A program made the translations under genes and the position numbers. A DNA stretch of 62,391 nt, the filler included, from Sluysia triapertura (taxonomy: Eukaryota): assembly GCA_046118255.1 (NCBI GenBank). It is 5 parts of 5 records of this genome, joined end to end, with 100 filler letters (N's around TTAATTAATTAA, not from the genome) between each part and the next. Parts side by side here need not be neighbours in the genome. Positions count along the whole stretch, not along the records: positions 49,211 to 62,391 come from JBJNIA010054328.1; 4 more parts are not named here. The stretch is one strand, 5' to 3'. The notes beneath the pieces were generated by a model, which was not told where the DNA came from, ran no database searches, and was given only the letters and a program-made list of their open reading frames with translations. Below are positions 51,960 through 62,391 of the stretch, piece after piece. Each line of letters starts with the position of its first letter. Position 1 is the stretch's first letter.

Positions 51960-52662
51960 ATTCTTTAAAGCTGTATTAAATTTGTTCAAGATTTTTTTTA
52001 AAGTTAAAATGATTTTAGTTGTACATGAAATGAAGAATGTTAGAATCAATTTCTGAGATTTACTTAATTTTTGTCATGAAGATAAGATTTATGCATTGAA
52101 CTTAATGGTTTGATAGGCTTGTTAAGATTATAGTTTATTAGATTTAGAAGATAATTGCAAAATAAATCTTAGCGTATTTGTGATGTGGTTGAAAAATGTT
52201 GATAATGATTATGTGTGGATGAAATAAGTTTGGATTAGTATAATTAACTAGAGGTTGTAATGTGAATATTTTCTATGTTTCAGATAGATATTGGTGTTGT
52301 TTTATGGTGAAAATGTATTTGTGATTTATATGTTCTATGTTGTGGTTGTGACTATTTGGAAAGATGACTATTGAGTGAATGGTATGGGTTATTCGGTATT
52401 AATTATCGAATTATAGTATAAGGTCAATGATTGAGAGAATTAGTCAAATTGCTTGAGATCTGTATGCCGTTGGATTGTTATAAATGTCGAATATTGTTTA
52501 TTGTGCATAAGTTACTATGATTCGATAGTATGGAATGAGATGGATTTAAATATTATTTTTTTTTGTGAATAAGTTGTTGTGATTTGATAATGTTGAGTAT
52601 GATTGTGATTTAAATGTTATTGAGTTTTGAAGAATTTTGACTTATGGGTGTTGGCCACCACA
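51960..52662 (-). mobile_element. Family B-related LTR-like repeat
   Basis: Terminus tgttggccaccaca and a C-poor + strand. The left boundary is approximate. Confidence 0.5.
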
Positions 52663-54475
52663 GCTATTATAGTTAATGTCATTATATCCTTCATAATTCA
52701 GAGAATTAAATTTATTATCATTATAATTTCTTCTTAATTTCGGACTTTTATCTCCTTTGTCTTCACTGTTACTTATATAATCAATATTATTCTTATTCTT
52801 TTTATATTAATATGAACGTTCTACATTTTTTAATTTCTTAATTACTTCTTTAAAAGGTTTTCCTTCTATTAAGGTAACATATGTTATTAATTCTGGTCAT
52901 AATCCATGTGGTGTTACACCCCACTATATCACATACACCTCATTCACTACCACCATCAACTACATAAACCTCATCACAAACAAAAACCATATTAAAATAA
53001 AACTCATTCACAATATCTGCATAGTCACACCTTTTTCCCCGGCAAATCATAGACGCGTAATAAAATCTTTTGTATTAACATTTTCTTATACGTAACGCTT
53101 GTTGCCACATCATCACTACAACACTACCCTTTTTGTATTTATTATCGTAATTTTTAAAGCTTTGAATGTCCCATTTACTTCTTTTTACCAATAACTTTGA
53201 ATGTGAGCTTACAAATGTAAAGCAAGAGAGATGTTTTAAAAGAGTAAGTATTTGTATTAAGTGGTAAATTATCAGCTGAAAAAGCAAGTAAAGAACAATT
53301 AGATTCCAGTATTGCTGATCCTAAAATTAAAACCGAAACTCACAAAATTTGGAATCTTGTAGAAAAGAATCTTGTCACAGTTCTGCTTCCTCTACTTAAA
53401 ACTCATTATTATCGAATAACATTCATTTGTAAATAAATACTCGTGTATTTATTTCTAAATTTATTTTCTCTTAGTTATTTTCATCTGCTGTCATAATAAG
53501 CAATATTTTTACAAAATTCCAACAACTTAATCGGCTTAAAACGATAATTGAACAATAAATCTAATTTGTCTTATCGCATATGAACAATTTTACACATTGC
53601 TGTAGGTAAAATTATGTATTTGCTGTAATACGGACCTGAAAAAATAATACTAGATTTTAAATTTCTAAGATTAATTATTAAAATTAATGAAATATATATA
53701 GATTATTTCAAATGCATTAATAAAATTTTTAGTCTACTTTAAGCAAAAAAATTTAAAATAATTTTAAAAAATCAGAATTTTATTTTCATGAAAATGATCG
53801 TTCAAAAATGTTCAGTGTGTAGTTTAAAAGAGAAATTCAAAATTGTTTAGTTTCACATAAAGAGATTCTAATAGATTTCCAAATAAAATTATATTTAAAA
53901 ACAACTATGTGTATTTATAAAATTTTACTTCACAACGGTATGCTTGATGGGAATACAATATCATAACGTAGTATGAAATAATCTGATTTATACATTTACT
54001 TATTTGTGACATTCATTAAACTTGGTTCTCGCATAATATGGTATGAATTAATATGATCTATAATGATTTTTGTGTGTGTTAATTAGTAAGGTAATTTTTT
54101 AAAAGAACATATTTTACATAAAAGTTTAATGAATGAAAAACAAACAATAAATCTACGGGGAAATTCAATTTTTGACATTAAAAAATTTGTATTTAGTATT
54201 TACTTTAGTTTAAATAGAAATTGTAATGTCAAAAAGGAAAATATGTTTACGATACAAAATGCAAAATGTATTTCATGTCATATATGTGTACATTTTAGTT
54301 TTAAAATATCAATGTTGCATGTAATTAACATAATTAAATTGTGTAATTATACAATTTAGAAAATTTGATATTATCATATTAATTTTCAGAATTAATTGTA
54401 TTAATTATTCTTCAATGTTTAAGATCATTTTTAAAATGAATAATATTCAATATGTTTGGGAGTAGAATAATTAAA

Positions 54476-54557
54476 TGGACTCGCCGGGTTTCGAACCTGG
54501 GCCTTCTTACTTCACAGCTGTGTAGTTCGATTCTCTGACCACTGAGCTATCACCTCC
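54476..54557 (-). repeat. tRNA-derived repeat (SINE-like or tRNA pseudogene), copy 2
   Basis: ggaggtgaTAGCTCAGTGGtcagag...ccaGGTTCGAAACCcggcgagtcca has good A and B boxes, but the acceptor stem is mismatched. Confidence 0.75.
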
Positions 54558-54659
54558 ATCTAAAAATTTTATTTTATTACAATTATATCAATGTTCTAAA
54601 TGTCACTTTAGGCCTATATCTCAACAATAACAAAGTTGTCATTTATAAAATAAAGTCAC

Positions 54660-55600
54660 GATCAAAATAAAAACATTAGGAAAAAGTTAAGTATTTCAAA
54701 TATTTCAATCCATAATGCTCTTAAAAAAATTAAATGTAATTTATTTTAAAATATTCTTGATTCATATATAAAAGCACTTTTAACCTTTTCTTTTATACAA
54801 ATTTATTGTTATGTAATTTGAAAATGAGATAGAGAAACTAACATTAGATATTTTTGAGTTTTATTATGGGAAACATGCTACTCCGTACAATAAATGTTAA
54901 ATAAGAAAAATGTGTTTAACGTTAGTAAAACAGGAAATACAAAATATTTACGAAATCGGATTGTCCAAAAAAATATCATTAAGAGAAAATGTACAAACAA
55001 AAAATTTCCGTTTAATTCAAACTCTTGTAAGCACAAGAAAAATTTTGCATCGATAATTACTTCACCAAATCTTATGCCAGTTTAATATATGTGGGCATAT
55101 ATAATTAATATAGTCAAAAATATGGATTACTTTGAAAAATCGTTAACGGATGATGAGATTCGTAAAAGATATTGTGACTGTTTATGCGCTGAATTTTGGA
55201 AAATATTATTTTTTGACGAAGTAAGTTACCGAAGATATGTACACTAAATAAAATTTATTAGAGTGAATATAAATATTAGTAGAACAATAAAGGCAGCAGA
55301 GAGTATTAAATCAATTATCAAATTCCCAAATCGCCTCGATTCAATGGATTTAGTACCCTTCTATAATTGACGAAATGTCTATGTAATATTCACAAAAAAA
55401 TATAATGAAAATAATGGACTGGCCTCAATCGCCCCTATATCAATAGCACCAAAACACAAGGACTATTTTAAATTCATATGAAGAAAATCGTTATTTGGAA
55501 CTTCCAGTAATTTATCGACTATTATAGAGGAATTGGAAACTATATCAATAAGTACGAAAAATTTATACAATCCCATACCAAAAGCATAATGCAAAATAAT
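54660..55600 (+). mobile_element. Highly decayed Tc1-like transposase
   Basis: Fragments IRKKLSISNISIHNALKK (HTH-like), FWKILFFDEVS (WxxVLFSDES) and IMDWPQSP (WPPQSPDLN) occur in the correct order. Confidence 0.55.
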
Positions 55601-55851
55601 AATATATTAACTTCTGTAGCATTAATATTCAATGCGCCCAGAAACTTATCTATTATTTAAAGGTTTTGTAATTATATATTTTTATGACCGTACAAATGCA
55701 TATTAATTTCATAAATTATGTATACATTATAAAATTTTCATTGAAATATTGCTTAAGTAATATTTAAATAATGTCTACATTTGGATTTTAGATTTCTAAT
55801 TGTGTAATAATTATGAGCAAATAAAATTCAATTTTTAAATATTAAAATTTA

Positions 55852-56910
55852 TACAGGCTGGTCGCTAGGAAAGCGGAAAATTTGTCAAACAGCTATTTAT
55901 TTTACAAAGAATAACTTTTACAGATTTTTTAAAAGCATATGTTATATTACATTCATAGATGCTCCAAATGTTGTCCTTGCACTTCGGAGCAGCGTCTTAA
56001 CAAAGAAATCCAAGTTCGTGTAGCGTTTTGAAGGTTAACTTGTGAGATTATTCCAAGCTCTTCGTAAGATCGTTTTTAAATCATTAATAGAGCTTATATC
56101 ATGTCGACAATTCTGAAGCTCTGTTAATAATAAGCTCCAAACGCAGTAATCCATGAAAATTTGAAGGTCGGATGAGATCATGAATAAAATGCATGATTTT
56201 AATATCATAAAATACTTGCTTACTCATTTCTATTTTGATTTGCTCTTGGTTCTAATTGACACCAACATCATGGAAGTAAACAGGAAACAGCTTTCAGACT
56301 TTCAAAAGTGAAAATCCGACTTGGGGATTGACAAAATGTCTAGCTGTGTTACCAACTTTTTTTGTCAACAATTACAAGGCATCAGTTTAATAATGTTGTT
56401 GCAACTTTGAAATGAGAAGGTCCTGAAACTGCTGGTATACGCCAAAAAGGAACGGGTCCAAAGAAACGAATTTCGGACGAGGCACATGCGACGGTGAAAG
56501 ATTTGGTGTAATAAACAGACGTCATTTCAGTCAACGAGAAATCGCTCGACATCTCAGTGTTTGAAATTCTAAAAGAAAGTGAACTGAAATGTCTTCCAAA
56601 AGTCCAGACTTAAATGTCATGGATTACTGCGTTTGGAGTTTGTTATTAACAGAGCTTCAAAATTGTCGACGTTACGTAAACTCTATTAATGATTCGAAAA
56701 AGAGCTTAGGAATAACTTGGAACAATATCTCACAAGTTACCCTTCAAAACGCTACACGAACTTGGATTTCTTGGTTAATATGCTGCTCTGAAGTGCAAGG
56801 ACGACAGTTTGAGCATCTATGAGTGTAATATAACATATGCCTTTAAAAAATTTGTAAAATTATTCTTTGTAAAAATAAATAGTTGTTTGACAAATTTTCC
56901 GCTTTTCTAG
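55852..56910. mobile_element. Fold-back maT/DD37D-like (Tc1/mariner) element with about 310-bp inverted arms
   Basis: 55865-56172 is the reverse complement of 56603-56910. The arms encode SPDLNVMDYCVWS...GRQFEHL. The middle has an HTH fragment (FSQREIARHLSV). A TA-CAGGCTG terminus is at the left. Confidence 0.85.
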
Positions 56911-58219
56911 ATTTTGGTTAAGATTGGGCTAAATAATTTAAAAGTTTCAATTAAATGTGTCAAAAAAATCAAAAGCTATCTGAAAGACTGGGGATAATAT
57001 GTGAAATGGATTAAAACATCATTTAAATATATTCTATAATAGGCGTTTGTGTGTGTGTGTGTGTGTGTGTTATATGAATGTATCAATACATTTCTTGTTT
57101 TATTTTCTTTTATTCACTTTATATCAAAAAATTAAGTTTTTAATTTTTTTAAAATTTAGTATTTGTGAAAGGTAGTAATCGTAGATTTTTAGTTTTTATT
57201 TTAAATTATTTATTAATTTTAATAGATTTTATATTCTATGTAATTTTCTTTTAAATTGTAATTTGTGCTGAAAATTTATAGTGATTTGATATTTAGGTTG
57301 TAATAATTTGTAGCATGTTATGTCGCTAATCATTTGCATTGAATTACTTAATATTAATTTTTATCTATTGACATTCGGTCTACCAAAAAATATATATGCA
57401 TTGCGAACTATTTTAACAAAGTTAAATTTTCATTAAACAGATTTATATAAAAAGTCAGAAAGTCAAACCAATTTTCATGTAACATATTGCTAGAAAATAA
57501 CTAGTGAAATTTACACTCGGATCCTTTGAACCAAACTAGTAGGCGGAATGTTAAAAATCTATCGTGAATAAAGTATATCTTTATTTAATCGCGCATTCTG
57601 CTACCATAACTACGTAAAATATCGTCAAACATGATTTTGATAAATTTTAAAATTTTATTGAAAAAGATTTTAATTGATGTAAAAGTATGAGATTATATTT
57701 TTTTAAAAATTATTTTCAGCTACTGTTATTTGAATATTTCAAAAAAAATAAATATGTATAAATCTGTTGCAATGTCATGTTTCGAAATTATATATTTCAT
57801 TAGTAAAAATACATTTAAAGATATAATTTTTCAAATGCTGATTAGAAAAACTAGGTATAAATTTATATTTCAATATTGAAACTTAATTTGAATATGCATA
57901 TTGTGTTTAAATATTGTGGATTGTTTGGTAAAAGATTTACATTTTAAATTTTCAATTTATATCACTTTTATTTAGAACGAAAGCCTAGCTTAGTAACGAA
58001 AGAAAATGTTGTGGAATTAACCAAAATTGCTGCCTTATGTGAAGAAAGTGCTAAATTGAAAAAAATTGTTTTTAATCAATAGGATTAATTTTGATTGTTT
58101 TTGTTTTAATGCTGATAATTTTAGGTTGCAATTTTTTAAAGCTTTGTATTTTGAAATATATGTGTTTGATTTTTCGTCAAGGTTATTTATAATAATTTTT
58201 ATTAAATTTATTATTTGAA

Positions 58220-59032
58220 ATGAATTCTGACTCAAAAAAATCAGGCTCAAAGGAATCCACAGATAAAGAATGTGGTCTTACTTTAGATAATCGCTATATT
58301 TTAAGTTATATATCAGATAAATGTGGTGATGCTGATTTAGATGAAAGTAAAAGTTGTGTTAGTTCTGAATTTAGTCATGTTTCTGATATTGCTGAGTTAA
58401 ATGAATTAAATGCAGAAATTAGTGAACTGATCGATAATTTAAATATTACTTTTACATTTGAACACATAAATTGCGAAAAATTACAATCTTTGTATTATGA
58501 AGCTGGTTGTCATGATGATAATTTTTATGGATTAATTGATTCCAGAAGCACATTTGATTTTTATTGTGTTCACCTAAAAGGAGCGAAGAATCTATGGCAC
58601 CCGATTAAATTAATCACGTATCTATTCAGACAAGAAACACTACAAGTGAATTTGGCTAATTATTTAGTTCCAACTGAAAATTATTTCAAAGAATTATTAA
58701 ATGAAATTAATCGATATAAAGTGAGCCTTTATGCTCATCTTATTTTTTATTGTTATGAAGATTCACTTCGGTCCTTAATTCTAGCAAAGTGTTTGCGATT
58801 GTGCGATTGGCATTTAAATAGATCTACTCGTACTTGTATTAATTATCCTATTTTTTATATATTAGATGGTGGATATAACACTTTTTGTTCATATCGTAAT
58901 GATTTTAGTGAACATTCTACTACCATCCATTCGGATTATTCTAATACCGACTTAGTTTATAAAGGCTGCTATCGAATTTTTATTGATGAAGTAACTATGC
59001 TAATGGAATATTTTAAAAATGAGTATAACTGA
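58220..59032 (+). CDS. Divergent intronless Cdc25-like phosphatase (rhodanese fold)
   Basis: LIDSRSTFDFYCVHLKGAKNL (cf. IIDCRYPYEYxGGHIKGAxNL), LIFYCYEDSLRS (CX5R; cf. LIFHCEFSSERG) and NYPIFYILDGGYNTF (cf. YPExYILxGGYxxF). Confidence 0.8.
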   Translation: MNSDSKKSGSKESTDKECGLTLDNRYILSYISDKCGDADLDESKSCVSSEFSHVSDIAELNELNAEISELIDNLNITFTFEHINCEKLQSLYYEAGCHDDNFYGLIDSRSTFDFYCVHLKGAKNLWHPIKLITYLFRQETLQVNLANYLVPTENYFKELLNEINRYKVSLYAHLIFYCYEDSLRSLILAKCLRLCDWHLNRSTRTCINYPIFYILDGGYNTFCSYRNDFSEHSTTIHSDYSNTDLVYKGCYRIFIDEVTMLMEYFKNEYN

Positions 59033-60443
59033 TATAAATTAGAATGCAACACAATCAATATATAATATATATATCTTTAAGTTTTTTTAAATGTTTTCAT
59101 TTTACATATATTTTCGAAAATGATGCAGTACAATAATAGTAACGTTAAAATTTAAATACGAAGCTGCAACATAATATTGCACAAATATCAGTTAAAATAA
59201 ATTATGCATATAATGTAATTATTGTACTTGTTAAATTAAAAGTCGAACAAATCATCATAACATTACAATTTTTGAAATGAGCAAATAATACATAAAAATC
59301 ACAAATTGATTATACATCGATAAGTCAATCGTGCCGAGGTATGATGAAATGAAAAATATATAGACCACAATAATGTACAAGTAAATGGAAAGGCATAATT
59401 ATTAAATACACTAAAATTTATAAATTAAAATGATACAATCAATAGCAAAAAGAGAAAAAAAATCGAATTTATTCTTATAATTACAAATAAATTTCGAAAT
59501 ATTTTAAAACTAAATCAAAAATTTAAAATGAGTTAAAATACATTTGCATTTATTGTAAACTACTCAAATTAAACTTCACATTATTCGAAATGCAATCAAA
59601 TTATGCCTATAATTGTTATTACATGTTAAAATAAAATAAAGCATAAATACAAATTATCACTAAAACTTTTTCCATTACATATTGCGAATAATACAATATT
59701 TGAATAATTATAAAATAAAAATAATTATAATAAAAAATCGAAACTTAATAATTAAAGTAGTTTAATTGTATAATAAAATATAAATAGTTGTACTGAAATC
59801 AACAATATACAATGTTTGCAGAAAATAAATTAAAAATATAATTAAAACAAAAAAATATTTTGCACCAATCTACGAAATTTTGAAAAATTGAATGAACAAA
59901 AAGATTTGAAATGTCAATCGCTATTTCAATAAGATTAAAATGACACGAAGAAATCTAAATATATAAGTTAATAATACGTTTTAGAGAAACTTTAAAAAAT
60001 AATTTTCAACAGAACAAAAAGTAATTTCACATTTTTAAAAGTGGCAATTCATATAATTCATAAAGTATGCATTCGAAAATAAATATAATTTGTATTTAAT
60101 TTTGACAAACAAAAGATTAATAATTACGAAATTATTTTCATTGTTTATTAAATTAATCAAAAATTAAATAATTTAAGATATTTCTTAGTTAATCTTATAA
60201 TCTATATTTTCATTCACAATTTTTTACATTAAAAACTATTAATGTTATAAGTATTTGAAATTTTTAAAATAAATCATGTAGAAAAGTGCTTTTATGATTT
60301 ATGAAAAATGAAAATATTACAAAGTGCATAATCGAGTAATATTTATATTTAATATAATAATAATAATTATCAAATAAACAATTTCAATACAATGACTTAT
60401 GTTAATTATTATGAGATAGTTTTGGTTAAAGGCATTCTGTAAG

Positions 60444-60445
<2 letters not shown>

Positions 60446-60501
<56 letters not shown>
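60446..60501. repeat. (AAT)n microsatellite; others at 2869-2907, 12784-12861, 27168-27222, 41801-41863, 44267-44295; (CA/TG)n at 8105-8121, 57048-57070, 62376-62391
   Basis: Directly visible in the sequence. Confidence 0.95.
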
Positions 60502-60504
<3 letters not shown>

Positions 60505-62032
60505 TTATATGAAATATACTATTAATTTGATTTATGAAGTATAACAACTATTTTTTGAAGTTTATTTCAATAATAGAATAAAATAATGGAAATGATATTA
60601 TTATAATAATGATAATGATAATAATTATAATAATAGTTACTATTTAAGATGACGTTATCGCTGTTATCCAATCAGACCTAGCTTCTCTGAAATATACAAA
60701 TATATATTTATGAAAACAACATAAAATTTTAATTCAAAATATAAATAAAACTTTCTCATTATAAAATGAATATTTTAATAAATAAAATAAAGATTTTAAT
60801 TTTATAACTGCTTAATAACAGGCAAATTGAAATGTTTATTTTGCTTGAATTTTTGAATATAAATTTTGCAAATAATTATAATAATACTTTTTGTAAGTTT
60901 TAATATTGATAAGTGATAAAAAGCATTCAAAGAATTATGCAATGTTAATAAAAATAAATTAAAGAGTTTTAAAATGGAAAATTTTCAGTTTTTTAATGAA
61001 GAAAAGGTTGCAGACCGATTGAAATTAGGAATGATTCAAACTTTTTGTTATAAAGAATGGTCGAATTCCAATAAGAGATTTATCAAGAGTTAAATCCATT
61101 ATTCATGATGCCAAAATGCACACTACAATACATAAAAAAATTATCCAAGTTTTATAAAACTTGGCTATTTCTCAGATGTGAAATTTTTTCTGAATTAATG
61201 CTTAATGACGAAAAATAATTCCAAGATCCTGGTGGAAAGTGCATAGAACGAAACAGATTTTATATTAAAATATGGTGCCTATGTTTATGTGAGACATTGT
61301 GCTGCTATTTATTTTCTTTTAATATAAGCACACCCTGCAGTTTTAAAATATTTTATACTTAGTAATAAATTATAATGATTTATTTTAGCACATATTACGT
61401 GGTGTATGTATGAAATATCTTTTCTGTGGTTAATATTTTATCAATTTACTTTAAACAGTAATAATAATATCAACAGATTTTCAATAAGTTAACGTGTATT
61501 TTATCAATGTAATTTATGTTTTTATGTGTCCAAACTACTCATATTATGTTAGAAATTTAAATAAAACGTATTGAAGCTTTGTATTTCAAAAATGTTTAGG
61601 AGATGTTTCAATATATCGCTAGTTTGACACAGCTGTATAGTAAACATGATAAATTCACTTAGCATATAACTAATACAATATATTGATGTTTTATTCTTTT
61701 TTCAGGTCATTTAAAAATACTGGAATTTTTCAATAATAAGAATCACAAAAATTCATAAATTACATAAAATCCTCATATGTCGATAAATTCATTGTTAGAA
61801 AAACATAGATAAGAAAAGTAAAGAATAGATATAAGATTATGTTCAAATCCTTCTGAAGTTGCTACAAGCAAAATAAGATATGGCTTCTACATTTAATTAA
61901 TATTCACCTAACAATGTAAAAATATACATTATACTTAAATATGCCCCATATGTTTTAATTAATTTAAATCAGATATTTGTCATAAACTTAAAATTGAAAT
62001 AAACAATAATTAACATAAAAATCAAAACATAC

Positions 62033-62272
62033 TCTGAAGCTGCAGTAAGTACAAGTGGATCAGTCATCAGATTTGACTGTGATATTTTGAAACTAATTTG
62101 GAATGGAAAGATTTTATTGTGTAAATCAGTGGAAGAACCTGATGATGTTTGTTCGGTAGATTTTGTTGTATTTGTGGTACTATGGCTGCCATTTTTCTGT
62201 GGTGATGGAAATATTTCCGCTTCTACTTTTTCACGAATACAATGATCCATTACTTGTAATTTTCCACTAGGA
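62033..62272 (-). CDS. Internal exon of an unidentified gene
   Basis: tgtttcag acceptor and gtatgt donor flank a 240-nt symmetric phase-2 open exon (PSGKLQVMDHCIREKVEAEIFPSP...FPFQISFKISQSNLMTDPLVLTAAS). Confidence 0.6.
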
Positions 62273-62391
62273 CTGAAACATAATTGATACTTATGTATAT
62301 CTATTAAAATGATTTATTTTATTTTAAGATTCATTTTATTTAAATATTGAATGATTATAAAAGGTATATATTCAACACACACACACACACA

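Noticed and set aside
54476-54557. Functional tRNA gene with encoded CCA
   Set aside because: The acceptor stem has mismatches and no anticodon stem forms. The terminal CCA is the stem end plus discriminator.
1-62391. Species assignment (AT content and short introns would fit a reduced invertebrate parasite such as an orthonectid)
   Set aside because: It cannot be established without a database search of SLC25A32, so it is left as a guess.

Overview
A very AT-rich, repeat-dense eukaryotic (almost certainly metazoan) scaffold with short GT-AG introns and five N-gaps. Four of the gaps carry an artificial TTAATTAATTAA spacer. Recognisable host genes are few: a complete five-exon mitochondrial folate/FAD carrier (SLC25A32-like, 39219-45926, +), the large last exon of a tincar-like membrane protein (31010-32556, +), an intronless divergent Cdc25-like phosphatase (58220-59032, +) and one internal exon of an unidentified gene (62033-62272, -). 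Most of the rest is relics: L2-clade LINE 3' ends (4 copies), two families of TG-starting solo-LTR-like repeats, Tc1, mariner, maT and piggyBac transposase fragments, several MITEs, two tRNA-derived repeats, a Polinton/Maverick capsid fragment, a DYRK2-like pseudogene fragment and many decayed orphan ORFs. The most striking unexplained structure is a roughly 170-190 bp bipartite palindromic module: a distal CATCAGT...ACTGATG hairpin, a TCATCACA linker and a proximal inverted CCAAT pair. It occurs four times, always in the same orientation about 100-150 bp upstream of an orphan ORF. Two of these ORFs are Asp/Asn-rich tandem-repeat proteins, and all four are interrupted. All homology calls come from motif recognition by eye, and no searches were run.
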